Notes: generated from the letters alone by a model not told the origin. Counted from the stretch's first letter, positions 13,600 to 28,004 are shown. The stretch is DNA of 64,000 nucleotides from the human T2T-CHM13v2.0 reference genome, Homo sapiens (GCF_009914755.1 NC_060927.1), one strand, 5' to 3'. Translations and numbers: made by a program.

Positions 13600-15420
13600 T
13601 ACAATGGCTAACATTTATTTAATTCTATGTGCCCAATACTTGTACTAACTCATTTAATCCTCATTAAAAAACTTGTGAAATAAGTACTATTAATATTATT
13701 ATCTCTACCCTATAGATGAGAAAAATGGAAGCACAAATGTTAAACATAGTAAGTAATGAGCTGGGATCTGGCTCTAGAACATGCTCTTACCACTTCACTA
13801 TACTGCCTCCTTTGAAATCTGAATCCTCATGACAATTCAGTGAGGAAAACAATGTCGCCATTTAAGAGTTGAGAGACAGCACTCCTAGATTGTTAGCTTC
13901 CCAAAGACAAAGGCTGTACTAATTGATTCTGCATATTCTCTCTAGAAGCCTCTAATGATGGCCTCAAGCTCATAGGCATTGTAGAGAAATGCAGAAGTGT
14001 CATGAAACATGGCCTTCTACTCTCATGAAGCTCACAACCTCATGGAAGAGATACTACCAAGTACAAAGTGGAAGGGCTGCTCTGCCCTGGGCTTGGAAGA
14101 ATGAATGTGAGGATCAAAAAATTATTTTAAGGACCTCTAAGCCTTGAAAGTAAACAGGTCTAGTCTTGTAAGACTGTAAATGCCCACATGTCTTATTCTA
14201 CCATTTGTACACTAATGAGATACAGGAAGAGGGACAAATAAGTAACTCTCGATAGCAATGTACAGACTGTAGGGTCTGTCTTCTGCCTTGGGGAGTGGGT
14301 ATAGGGGGGTCCAGCAAAGAATTAGACAAATAAGATCCCATAGAAGGCAAGGTCAAGACAGTACGTAAATTTATCCTACTCTCCAAAAGTGGGATTGAGA
14401 GCTTCAGAGTCCACAGTCAGTCTTCCACAGAGTTGGCCTCTGTGATTTGAATAAAGTGATCAAAAGCACTAGCCCAAGCTTGAAGGTTACTGTAACCAAA
14501 GTCTTTGGACTTTGGTAGCTGTGGGGTAGACAGCTGTCTACGGGCAAGTCCTTCAAGGTCATGGCAGATTCTGCAGAAGTGGTACAGACTGCAGTAGCAG
14601 CAGTGAAATAAGCTCATTAAGTTTAGGAGGGACCCTCTCAATACATGTCTTCTGAAGTAGTAAAAGATTAGGAGCAAAGATTCTGAAGTCTCATAGGTCT
14701 GTTTTAAATGCCCATTTTGTTCCTTGCAAACTGTATATGACTGTGGAGAATTTAGCTATCCTCTGTAAGCCTAAGTTTACTCGTTTGTAAATGGGTGATA
14801 ACAATATCAAACTCATGGGATTAAACTATATGACACCCACCCATACAGTACTTAGCATAGAACATGCCACAGACTTAACAAAACAACTGATGCTTTACTG
14901 CGTCCTTACCATGTGCCAGGAACCCTTTTAAGCTCTCATGCCTATTAACTAATTTATACTTCACAATAATCCTATGAGGCAGCATGGTTGACTACATTAT
15001 TAATCACAAACAGCCCCTGCTCCTATCTTTGTGGAGGAGGATATAGCCCCACCCTGTGACTCTAGGGTAAGCCATGTGATAGACATTAGTCAGTGGAACT
15101 GAGCAGACATGACTCAACAGAAACTCTCATCACGATACTGGCCCTGATGATGACGTGTCCCAGAAACAGGAGCTACTCTTCACTCTGCACCGTAGAATGA
15201 AAAAGAACAAAGATGCAGTCTACCTATTGCCCACATGTCATGAGCAAGAAATAAATGCTAGCCATTAAAAATTATGGAGACTTGTGGATTATTTGGTATT
15301 ATTACTAACTTCATTTTCTGTGGAAGAAATTAAGGCACACAGAGGTTAAGTCCTTTGTCCAAACTCACACAGCTGGTGGACAGTTAAACTCCAAACTCCT
15401 GCACATTAACCTCTGTTACC
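13600..15420. mobile_element. Cluster of MIR fragments with an MLT1-like LTR fragment (~14985-15310)
   Basis: MIR motifs at ~13640-13800, 14680-14870 and 15310-15410. MaLR-like tgagcaagaaataaatgc. Confidence 0.55.
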
Positions 15421-16229
15421 ATCATCTTCACTGATGAGGACTGAGACACCTAGGGAAAGTTTATTAGCAGACAGACATGAGAGGGAGATCCAGTGATGCT
15501 AGAGGAAGAGAAGAAAGCAGATCAGCAGTCCTGGTATTTAAATGTGATAGAGCTGCAGATCTGTAAGTATGGTAAGAGTGGATGTTATTGTGAACACACA
15601 GATTATGGGAGACTTGAACAAGGTCAGTGGAACATATGCTTTATGTGGTGGAAAATTAGAAGCCAGTGATGTCTGGGAGGCCAGGCAAGAAGCCATAAGA
15701 CAAACAGGCAGCCAAATGGCCTTGAAAAATGCCGACTAGAGATAGCAGCAAGGAGGCTGCTCCAGGCTTCAGACAAGGAGCTAAGATAGGGTGGGGACAG
15801 TGGCAGTGTCAACAGAGGCCCACTGAGTAACAGGAGACCTTCACTGACTATCTGAATGTAACAAGAGTCACATATCCAGCCATGCTTGTTAAACGAAAGG
15901 AGTGAGGGATAGACAAAGGGGCCTAAAGACTCAAGCCTGGGACAACTAATACCATAATGATGGTATCCAGGCCTGGAGTTATAGATCTTGCACAATTAAA
16001 TGGACTCTTGGCCCTCTCCTTGGACTGTTACAGTGAATCACTAGAGCTGACTCAAAAAGGGTCTTAATAGATCTTAACAGGACTTCAGGGATTGTACCTG
16101 GTGGTAGTTGGCAATTGACACACTAGAAAATACAGTTTCAACTCTGAAAATTTAGTATAGAAATACTACATCTGAATTTTCTTCCTTTGCTCTTTTGCAG
16201 TGTATTCTATTTACTGTTGCCATGAAAAC

Positions 16230-16678
16230 TGTCAGAGCCAAAAGGGAGTCACTAATGTAAAAAAAAAAAAAAAAAAAAAAAAGAACCTGACAGAGCACGG
16301 GAAGGCCACAAAGAGAGAGGGTTCTTATGCTTGCTTATGCTTGTATGCCTCATAATTAAACAGGCTCTACAGAAACCACAACCTTGCATGAAGGCCATCA
16401 CAACCATATGGAATAAAAAAACTCTGCAAGAACATCTGCCCAGAAACTGCCTGTCCAACCTTGAACTGGTGTCACCCTTGATCTTGCAGCCAGAGATAAT
16501 TATTTCAAAACAATTATGTAATCTCCTTCATTTCTTCCTTTAAAAACTTTTGTCTTCCTTTATCTCTCTGAAAACACACATACTTTACCATGGCATATGT
16601 ATATTCTCATTGCAATGCTTCATTCCCAAATAAACATCTTTTCTTTTAGCGAGGCTCTCTCTGTTATTTAGGTTGATA
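16230..16678 (+). mobile_element. MER34/MER39-family (ERV1) solo LTR
   Basis: TGTCAGAGCCAAAAGGGAGTCACT start, aaccacaaccttgcatgaaggccatc, cccaaataaacatcttttc, ttatttaggttgata end. Confidence 0.8.
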
Positions 16679-17793
16679 CTACAATACCCTCCATCTGCAT
16701 GAGATTACTGAGATGGCCAGGAGTGGGTATGGATAAAGCTTAAGGCAGAGGTGTGGTGGTGAAGAAGAGATGTTTCAGCTTCAAATTCCAGTCAAAATCT
16801 TTAGCAGTCGAATCTAGCTGGAGTCAGGGAATCTGAGCATGATCATGGTAAAGACAGTAATGCTTGTGTTAATTTTTTAAATAAAGGAAACAATAACCTG
16901 ATAGTAAGATCTGGAAATAAAATCTTTACCAAGGTAGACAGGGGACTATGAAGAGATTTGGAAATGCTGATGGAGGCCCTCCAACTTGAAGTCAGGGGAA
17001 ACTGGAAATATTTCAGGGCCTGTCAAGTCATGAGACAGTGGGCACTCAAGGAGAATCGGGAAGATTTGAGAGGTTGAAAATTCAGATGAACAGAAATGGA
17101 GGCAGAGAGTGGGTGGCAATTGGAGGGCATACAGGATGTGAAGAACAACACAGAAGGTTTTGTTCCAGGGATGAGAGTAGAGTGTGTTCCCCTCCACAAA
17201 CAGGAAGGCCCATTTGGAGAGTTTCTGGAACAGAAACCTCAAGAGATACCAACTGAGTTGATATTTAGGTGAATAATATATGAAAAATATCACAGTTTGG
17301 AACTCAAATTAAGGTCACTGACTGGAAATTCAATCATAAAAAGACATCACCCAGTGAGAAAGTATAAAAGAAAACTTGATAGGGGGAAAAAGGAAAATGG
17401 ATTTAAATTAAATGATGAAAAATAAGAATTAACTTATTAATTCCAAGAAGCTTAAAAAAAATTAAATGTTACTAAAATAGGGTGCATATTGGAATTACAG
17501 CAGTAAGAGTTAGTAAAGAGAGCAAATTCAAAGAGCTGAAGCCTGCCAAAGGGAAAGAGAAAGAAAGGAAAGAGACCTAAGAGATTTAAATCAATGGTAA
17601 AATAACACACATTGTAAATTATAATTTATGTACTTAATTTCTATACTTTATCCTTGAAGATTCTTTGATACTACTATAAAAATACAAGGCCTGATAGACT
17701 GCCTCTATAGGACTGTATAGATCACCAAGAAGGCATACCACTAGAGGAAAGGGGGTGGTAATCTTATGCTTAGGAGTTTGGCCTTTGAAACAG

Positions 17794-18151
17794 TCTCTCC
17801 CTCTCTCCCTCTCTCCCTCTCTCCTTCTCTCTCTCCTCTCTTAAGTTTCACACTTATTGTCCAGGCTGGAGTGCAATGGCTCAATCTCAGCCTCGATCTC
17901 ACCCCAACCTCCGCCTCCCAGGTTCAAGTGATTCTCCTGCCTCAGCCTCCCGAATAGCTGGGATTATAGGCATGCGCCACCACGCCCAGCTAATTTTGTA
18001 TTTTTAGTAGAGATGGGGTTTCTCCATGTTGGTCAGGTTGGTCTCGAACTCCCGACCTCAGGTGATCCACCTGCCTTGGCCTCCCAAAGTGCTGGGGTTA
18101 CAGGTGTGAGCCACTGTGCCGGGATTACAGGTGTGAGCCACTGTGCCCGGC
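17794..18151 (-). mobile_element. AluS (AluSp/Sq-like) with a CT-microsatellite tail and a duplicated 5' end
   Basis: gtttcacacttattgtccaggctggagtgcaatggc; ttggtcaggttggtctcgaactcccgacctcaggtgatcc. Confidence 0.9.
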
Positions 18152-18469
18152 ACAGACAACCTTTTTCTAATCTCGCAAAAGCAGGGAATTAGCCAGGCAG
18201 TAGTCTGATTAGGGGTGGCCTCAGGGAAGAAAGGGAAGTACCTGATGTTACTATAGTAATCAGTGGGCTTCCTGGGCTCTCTGCCAATTAGTGTGGCTTG
18301 AGCGGAAGGACAAAAACGTGACATGTGGTAAAGAAGAGATTCCAAAACAGAGACATTCTAAATTGAAAAAGTGAACTATTAAACAAAAATGTAAGTAACT
18401 TTTGGCATTTTTTAATACCGGGTATATACTAAAATGCCGTGTGGTTGGCCACCATCTTAATCGTTTACC

Positions 18470-18700
18470 TAGGAGGCAATATCATGAAGTTAAAAGTCCA
18501 TGGATTGTCAGAGCCTGAAAGAACTGAGTTGGGGATCCCAGCTCTGTTATCCCACTGACAAGCCTTCACAAAGTTACTCGCAGAGCCTCTGTTTCCTCAT
18601 CTACAAAATGGAACAAAGGGGAATAAATACCTCTTACTCCCAGTAGTTGAGGATATGATAAGATGAGTGTGTGGCACACACACATGCTGAATAATTAGCT
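18470..18700 (+). mobile_element. MIR SINE
   Basis: gagcctctgtttcctcatctacaaaatgg. Confidence 0.7.
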
Positions 18701-21369
18701 TCCCTCCTAAGGGATACATGATCCCACCTTAAGGGACATATCTCCAATTTCTAAACAAAAATCATTTGGAAAAATTAATGCTTCTAAATGGCATAACCAA
18801 AATGACTTTATGCAAGCAAAGCAAGTAGAAGTATTTCTAAATGTGAAAACATCTACAAAACATCTATTCAGTAACTTACATACTAAGAACTATCACTGAT
18901 GATACTACCATTTTGATTTTTAAAAATATCCATGTACACCCTGGTCATCATAACAAAAAGAAAATAAAAGTTACTCACAAATTAACATCACAGAAAGTAC
19001 TAAATTTTATGTTCCATTATTCTTTCTCTCAACCACAAATCTGATCTGATATGTCTGGTGTTATCTCCAAGTGCAGCAAAAGATGCCAAATCAATGTTCT
19101 CAGACTTATCAATGAGGATTGGTTCTATTTTTCTTCAACTTTCTTCCTCACTCAAAGAGATGTTATTTTAAGTAAATATAAAAAAGAGAGCATTTGTGAC
19201 CTTCTTTTAACAAGAACTAGTATTTGCCTAGTTTGAAAAGCACTTCTTATCATCAAACTTATCCTCACATTAAGGAGGCATTTTCATTTTCTCCTTTTAC
19301 ATCTAAAGAAACTGAGGCTCCCAGAAAATGAAGTCACTTGCCCAAGGTCTTGGTTACTGACAGAGCTATAATGCATCCAAGATTTCTGACTGAATATCCA
19401 ATGTTCTTCCCTACAGTTATATGATGAATCTAAAAGACTTATTTTATAAGCGTTTCAAGAGATACCAGAGGGGGAGAAATATACTGATTAATCACACTAA
19501 AAATGCAGCACAGAAGGGATGAAAAAAATGAAAGGCTTTAAAAATTATGAAATAGTGTAGATACCACTCTCAGTCATCTGAAGGTAGATATTTGTTTTAT
19601 ACATTGTAACAACCTAGTTGCTTATTTCTCTCTATTTTTTTTATAAGACAACAGATAGAATGGGTGGATGGAGGGAATGAACTTTTGCTGCACATCTATT
19701 AAACAGAAACAACTTATTGGTGGTTGTAGGTGTTATGCAGCCTAATCTATTTAAGAGATTCAGACACAGACTTAATATCTGGCAAGTCAGATGTGCTTCA
19801 GAATAGCAAGTTATAGGCTGCTTTTAGATGTGCTTTAGAATAGCAAGCTAAAGACTGCTTTTATAGTTGGATTATATTTATAGTACTATTCATTACCTTT
19901 CTAAACCCAAAGTCAGATGTATGCCAAAACAATCCATAGGTATCCCCATAAAAGATCCAAGTTAAGAATATCAGAGATACAGTGTGGTTATAAGCCTATA
20001 TACAAACAGACGAAATCTCAACTTACTAGGACAAAAGTCTAAAGACATCTGTTATCTGTTTTCCAGACATGATATGAAAATGGAACAACTGATGTAATTG
20101 CCTAAGTGACAGACTATGCCTGATAATGGTAAAAGTTGGTCAATCCTGACTTTGCCACATTATAGCATTCCAGGAAAAGTTTGAAACTAACTTGCGGGAA
20201 GAAAGTAGAGGAACCTATAATGAAAACAACACATAGTACATACAATAGGATGAAGGTTTTCTAATTTCACTTTAATTTCCACCAATTACTAAGGGCTCTT
20301 TTCAGACTTGCTTTTGTTTAAACTAAGTGCAGAAGGAGCTCTCCTAACAGACCCATTGGATTAATGGACACTCTTCTCTTTGTGAAACATACCTACTTTT
20401 GGTGCCCTTGGCTATTCTCACCTCATAAATGTCTTGATATAGTTACAGGACAGGGCTTTTACTGTAAATACTTTCAAATAGGGCAAACCTATGAATGAGG
20501 TGCTGATCCAGTTTTAGGACAAGGGGGTCAAGCTAGAAAGAGAAAGAACATAAACTCCATGAGGACAGGAATTTTCATCTGTTTTGTTCACTGATGTATG
20601 TTAATAACCTGGATCAATTCCTGATGTATAGCAGGTGTTCAATAAGTATCTGGTAAACAAGCAAAAGTCTGTAGCACCCAACATGCATCTGAGGCACAGG
20701 AAGAAGGCTCTTCCTGCTTCTTGGAGGAAGCAAGAGACATATTTTTCAACCATAAACAAATGAGAGCATGGAAGTGTTTTATAAAATATAAAGTGACATA
20801 CTAATTTAAGGAGTTACTATTATTAACATTAATTATTATGGTAAGATTTGTAATGCCCTCTAGCATTTACAGATAAGGCCACTATAATGGAAAATGTTCC
20901 AGAGTCTCCAAGCAACCTCTGGCTTTGCACAGATTACCAACTAGAGGCCCACGTTCCAAATCTGACTCTTGGATTTGGTCAACAAGTTATTATCTTTTAA
21001 AAAAATTAGTTACCAACCTCTAAAAATTAGAAGTCGTCATTAAAAATTGTTAATTTCTTGATTCTCTTGAGAAATCTGAAGATTTGGTAAACATGATCTG
21101 CTTTTCTACTTGGTAACAGTCAGCTGTGGCTGCATAGAGGCCCCCACCTCTTTAACTGGGGTACAAATTTTCCACTGCATAATCCCCACAGCTCTGTTTT
21201 GTTCATTTCCAATATCTGGCTAGTCCTGTGTAAACTTGTGATTTGAGCATCCCCACATTAGTGGATACCAACCACAGAACTCTGTCTCCAACATCTAGTT
21301 CTAGGCCAGAGAAAGTACCTTATAACAATGAGATTCCTAACTACCTATGTAACCAATCCCCTTTGGCTA

Positions 21370-21851
21370 CAATGGTAGGATAGCCCTGATTTTTTACCCC
21401 TTACTCTATCCATACCTTTTGTCCTGTAATTTTGTAATGCCTTCTCCTTGGGCACGGTATTATTTGCTATTTTTTAACTTGGGGTATGGCCATGAACTTG
21501 CTTTGACCAACAAAATGAGGCAGAAGGGATGGTATGCTAATTCTGAGCCTAGATCTCAAGAGACCTTGTGTGTTTTTGTTCATTCAGTTGTGTCTCTACC
21601 AATGCCATGGGAGGGGCCTTGGTGGCTTCTGTTTTCCTTGGCCTCAGCTCTAGAATGAAAACATGTGGAGCAGACCTTACTCCAAACCTCATTGAGGAAG
21701 CAAGTCCAGCCACATGCACAGTTCAAGCCTATTTGCCTAGCCAGGCCTAGTAACTCCAACCTGCCCACAGATAAATGAGAAACAATACATAATACTTTTA
21801 AGCTACTGACTCTTGGAGTAGTTTGTTATGCAGAAGAAGCTAGCTGATACA
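21370..21851 (+). mobile_element. MLT1 (MaLR) LTR
   Basis: aacttgctttgaccaacaaaatgaggcagaag; end gtttgttatgcagaagaagctagctgataca. Confidence 0.7.
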
Positions 21852-22539
21852 GACAAGTTTCAGACAAAGTCACCTTACATAACACTATGTTCTGTGGTAA
21901 AAACTACTCTGAGAGACTATAATATACTTAAAGTGTACCATGTGTAAATTTTTCTGTCATATAATTTTTATATGAATTAAGCTTTCCGCTTATATTCATT
22001 TTATATCACTTTAGATAAACTAAAATGATGTGAATACTGATAACATCTTGCTTAATATCCCACCACTATATTTCTAGACAGACAATAACTGTTACATAAC
22101 TATCATTAGCTCTTATTGTCATAAAAATTTCAATATATTAATGTAATTAAATGTCTTCATCATCTGTTTCTTAGTCTTCTTTGGTGGTCGATAGAGACTA
22201 CATTATTTGCGAACTAATCAAATTTAAGTATTGATTACTTTCATTTCTAGATTTGATGAGGCTGAAAAGATATGAAGTAGTAAATCCTCATTTACAAAAT
22301 ATCCTAGATACATAGAATTAGATGAAAACAAATGTGGTTTTCAGTGACTCAAATCTCTCATTTATTTAGGAAAGCTAAAACTAACACCTTATAGTAATTT
22401 GGGCATATAGAGGAAGGGAAATAATTCACAAGATGGAATTACTCCTCAATGAAAAGTACTTTTAAATATCCCTACATTTATATGTGTTTTTATAAATATG
22501 TAATATACTGTGTATATGTATATATACACACATCTATAC

Positions 22540-22572
22540 ATGGAAGGATGGATGGATGGATGGATGGATGGA
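22540..22572. repeat. (TGGA)n STR
   Basis: atggaaggatggatggatggatggatggatgga. Confidence 0.9.
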
Positions 22573-24886
22573 CGGGGAGGAGGGGCGAATAGGTTAGAAT
22601 GTAGACAGTGGCAAAAGGCTGCTACTGTCATCCCAGCAACCAGAATAAGCCAAGAAAACTATAAAATCATGACGTTAAAAAGCCATCAGAAGGAGATGGG
22701 AGGAAGATGGTGCCCAGGAGGCAGGGCTAATGTGCACCTCTCACTTGGAGAGACTGAATAATGTGTGGAGACTCACACCATGAACTTTCTTTCCAAGTAC
22801 CACTGCAGGAATCTACCAGGAAAACTGGAAGAATTCACAGATCCTTTGAAAGAAGCAGCATGCTGCTGCAAATTCTGCGAGACAGGCAAAAAACTGTGAG
22901 TTCCCAAAGTGTGAGGTGGGGAATCCTGCCTCTGAACACACATCCCCACTGGGGAATCTGAAAATCCAGATCACGGGAGAAGGACTTAACCTTACCTACA
23001 GCTAAAACAGATTTGGGGAGCTGAATGAAATATAAAAGTAGAAGCAGTGGCAGGAAGAGCCTCGTAGGCAGTCCCATTCTCCAGCTTGAGCCCAGGGAAG
23101 CCAACCCTGACAATATCTCATAGAGGCCCTAGGGGAAGACAGCCAGCAGAATTAGGGAGGGGTCACAAGATGAATGAAGCTTCCAACTAAATTTTGTAAT
23201 AGTTTCAACTGGACACAAGCTTTCTTGATCAGAATCTGGGTGGGGAGCAAATGGGAACTGTTACAGATGCAAACACAGGAGCTGCTGACATTGTAGGCAG
23301 ACTGGGAGGCAAGGCCTGAAAGCCTTGCTTGCTTTCTCAGCGTGGAAGCTTATGGCCTGGGGCAGGTCTGAGTTTTGTGAGCAGGCTAACTGGAGCTAAA
23401 CTCAGTGCTGTTAGTGGGGCACTGCGAGAGCGAGACTGGCCTTGCCAACTGTGTGGAGCTGGGTGAGGCCTTTTGCTACTGGATGTCACCCACTTCCCTG
23501 GCAAACTATACTGCACAGCAGAGGTAGCCATACTTCCCTCTGGAACAAAACCCCATTGGCCTGAGAACCACCCCCAACTCCCCAACAGTGGCTGTGGCAA
23601 GCCCCGCCCCAGGAGAGTCTGAGCTCATACTCACCTAATCCTGCCCCCATCTGAAGGTACTCCTCTACCCGCCCTGGTAGCTGAACACAAAAGACATAAA
23701 CTCTTGGGAGCTTTGTGGCTCTGCCCATCACCTAAGAAACCAGAATACTTCCCCTGGCCAACTTAAGAGTAAGCTTAGATCTCCCTTCTACTACTGCAGC
23801 TGGCGCTCTCTGGAAAGCACCACCTCCTGGCTGGAGGCCAACCAACTCAAGCCATTACAGCAACTCATGACAGAATAATCTGGCTCCCAGCAAGGAGAAA
23901 ACAACAGCTATGGCTAACAAGAGGGCCTGAGTCTGTCCATGCGACAACTTCACTGCTAGCATAACCAGCATTTGAGAAAGCCAGAAAACTAAACATGTCT
24001 ACAACTAAGGACTCTCACAGAGCCTACATCACTGCCGTGCTACCTCCACCAGAGCAGGTGCTGGTATCATGGCTGGGAGACCTGACGACAGATCACATCA
24101 CAGGACTCTTTGCAGACATTCCCCAGCAGCAGTCTGGAGCCTGGTAGCCCTGCTGGGTGGCTAGACCCAGAAGGGCAGTAACAATCACTGAAGTACAGCT
24201 CTCAGGAAGCCTCATCCCTAGGGGAAGTGGGAGAGCACCCTATCAAGGAAAAACCCTGTGGGACAAAAAACTCTGAACAGCAGGACTTGGGTTTCAGATC
24301 TTTCCACTGGTAGGTAGTTTCTCATAGCAGAGAAACAATTGCAATGTGGGGAGCAATAGGGAAAATCTGCACCTATATCCCAACAGACAGGCAGCCTCTG
24401 TGATCATGAAAGGCATTAGAGAAAGGGTCCTTGTTCCCCCCAGCACTCCATTGCAGACACAGCTGGGGCTTCCCCAACAGAAACACTGGATGCACTTATA
24501 GACAGCCTTTCTGGAAAAATCCAGGGTGAGTGCAGCCCCACAGAAGAAGCACACCCCAGATTCAGGCCGACAGAGGAAGAGTCACAATTCCTCCCTACTT
24601 GGAACATCAACATTCCTACAGATGAAAAGAGATGCCTGTCTGATGTGAATAGCTAAAACACAAGGACAGGAGCGAGGCTGTGAGGTGAACAGCTTTCCTG
24701 GTGACCTGGCATGGGAGCTCTGGTAGTTCCTACTCTTAACCCTGATAAAACCTAATTAAGAGCTTCCCCAGCCACACTCATCAAGGCTGGGACCTCAGCC
24801 CACCACTGAGTATTACATCTACCCACCTGCCTTCACCACAACTGGTGCCTACCCAGGAATACCTTCGCTATTGACTTGAAGCCTGA

Positions 24887-25297
24887 ACGATAGACTGGAT
24901 TAAGAAAATGTGGCACATACACACCATGGAATACTATGCAGCCATAAAAAATGAAGAGTTCATGTCCTTTGTAGGGACATGTATGAAACTGGAAACCATC
25001 ATTCTCAGCAAAACTATCACAAGGACAAAAAACCAAACACAGCATGTTCTCACTCATAGGTGGGAATTGAACAATGAGAACACATGGACACAGGAAGGGG
25101 AACATCACACTTCGGGGACTGTTGTGGGGTGGGAGGAGGGGGGAGGGATAGCATTAGGAGATATACCTAATGCTAAATGACGAGTTAATGGGTGCAGCAC
25201 ACCAACATGGCACATGTATACATATGTAACAAACCTGCACATTGTGCACATGTACCCTAAAACTTAAAGTATAATAATAATAAAATTTAAAAAAAAA
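24887..25297 (+). mobile_element. Young 5'-truncated L1PA (PA3/PA4-like) 3' end nested in the older L1 5'UTR
   Basis: gatagactggattaagaaaatgtgg...taggagatatacctaatgctaaatgacgag...taccctaaaacttaaagtataataataa plus A tail. Confidence 0.92.
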
Positions 25298-27451
25298 GTG
25301 AGAAAACAGTAAACAAATAAAGTGTACACCATGAGAGAACAAGATAAGCTTCAAGAGATCCCTGCCATTATAACTCCACAGGAGACAGTGAACCCACCCA
25401 CACACCAAGAATATAACTACTACCACTCACCAGCATTGGGGAAAGCCAGTACACAAAGACTTTCTATAACTAAGGATCTCATACAAAGTCTTCACTCCTA
25501 CAAGCACCAAGAATCAAATTAGGCTAAAATAAACATCAAAGTCTGGTCCTTAGGAGAGGAAAAAAGAAATTTAAATTTAAAAAACCACAGTCCAACCAAA
25601 AATAAATTCAAGAACAATTTTAAGAAATAGTCTAGCCAAATGAGAGGGAACCAGAAAAATAATTCTGGTAATATGACAAAACAGGGTCCTACAATACCCC
25701 AAAAAGATCACACTAGCTCCCCAGCAATGGATTGAAGTAGAAATCTCTGAATTGCCAGATAAAAAATTCAGAAGGTTGATTATTAAGCTACTCAAGGAGA
25801 TACCAAAGAAAGGTAAAAACCAACTTAAATTAAAAAAACATACAGGATATGAATGAAAAACTTTCCAGAGGAATAAATATAAAGAAAAAACAATCACAAC
25901 TTCTGGAATGAAAGACACATTTAGGGAAATACAAAATGCAGTGAAGTCTCAACAATATACTAGAACAAGTAGAAGAAATTTGGGATTATGTTAAACAGCC
26001 AAACAGAAGAACAATTGGTGTTCCCGAGGAAGAAGAGAAATATACACATTTGGAGAACTTATTTGAGGGAATAATTGAGGAGGGCTTCCCTGGCCTTGTC
26101 AGAGACCTAGACTACCAAATACAAGAAGCTCAAAGAACTCTGGGGAAATTCATAGCACAAAGATCATCACCTAGGCACACAGTCATCAGGACATCTAAAG
26201 TCAAGACAAAGGAAAGAATCTTAAGAGCTGTGAAACAAAAGCATCAGGTAATCTATAAAGGAAAACCTATAAAGTTTCTAGCAGAAACTTTACAAGCCAG
26301 AAGGGATTGGCGTCTTATCTGTAGACTCCTTAAACAAAATAATAGCCAAGAATTTTGTATCTGGTGAAACTAAGCTTCATAAATGAAGGGGAGAATAAAT
26401 CTTTTTCAGACAAACAAATGCTGAGAGAATTCACCACTACCAACCCAGTACTACAAGAAATGCTGAAAGGAGTTCTAAATCTTGAAACAAAACCCTGAAA
26501 TACACCAAAATAGAACCTCCTTAAAGCATAAATCTCACAGGGCCTAGAAAACAGTAACAATGAAAAAAAACAAGGTCTTTAGGCAACAGCTAACATGACA
26601 AATAGAATAGTACCTCACATCTGAATACTAACATTGAATGTAACTTGCCTAAATGCTCCACTTAAAAGATGCAGAATGGCAGAATGAATACAAATCCACC
26701 AACCAAGTATCTGCTGTCTTCAAGAGACTTACCTAACACATAAGGACTCACATAAACTTTGGGTAAAGGTGTGGAAAGAGATATTCCATGTAAATGGAAA
26801 CCAAAAGCAAGCAGAAGTAGCTATTCTTTTATCAGACAAAACAGACTCTAAAGCAACAACAGTAAAAAAAGGCAATAAGGGATATTACATAATGATAAAA
26901 GGATTAGTCCAACAGGAAAATATCACAATCCTAAATATATATGCACCTAATACTGAAGCTCCCAAATTCATACAACAATTACTACTAGGCCTAAGAAATG
27001 AGGTAGATGACAACACAATAATAATGGGGGACTTTAATACTCCACTGACAACATTAGACAGGTCATCAAGACAGAAAGTCAACAAAGAAACAATGAACTT
27101 AAACTATACTCTAGAACAAATGGATTTCACAGATATTTACAGAACATTTTACCCAACAAATGCAGGATATACATTCTGCTCATCAGCACATGGAACATTC
27201 TCCAAGAAACACCATATAATAGGCCAAAAAACAAGTCTCAATACATTTAAGAAAATCACAATCTTTTTAAATAACCTCTCAGACCACAGTGGAATAAAAC
27301 TGGAAATTAAACTCCAAAAGGAGCCTCAAAATGATACAAATAAATGGAAATTAAATAAGCTGCTATAGAATGATCTTTGGGTCAACAATAAAATCAAGAT
27401 GGAAATGAAAAAATTCTTTCAACTGGACTATAATAGTGGCACAACTTCTCA

Positions 27452-27871
<420 letters not shown>

Positions 27872-27873
27872 TC

Positions 27874-28004
27874 AAGGAACTAGAGAAACAAGAACAAATC
27901 AAACCCAAACTCAGCAGAAGGAACTAGAAAACAAGAACAAATCAAACCCAAACTCAGCGGAAGGAACTAGAGAAAGAAGAACAAATCAAACCCAAACTCA
28001 GCAG
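27874..28004 (+). repeat. Tandem triplication (44/43/44 bp) of L1 ORF2 sequence
   Basis: aaggaactagagaaacaagaacaaatcaaacccaaactcagcag x3. Confidence 0.95.

Noticed and set aside
18975-19130. Minus-strand stretch reading KIEPILIDKSENIDLASFAALGDNTRHI near a gtgagt donor
   Set aside because: Stop before the donor, no good acceptor, and no resemblance to the expected CFAP20DC continuation.
26050-27368. 105-aa and 199-aa ORFs
   Set aside because: Decayed L1 ORF1 and endonuclease remnants.
27874-28004. Regularly spaced repeats resembling a CRISPR array
   Set aside because: No unique spacers. The unit is L1 ORF2 sequence, the context is primate, and there are no cas genes.
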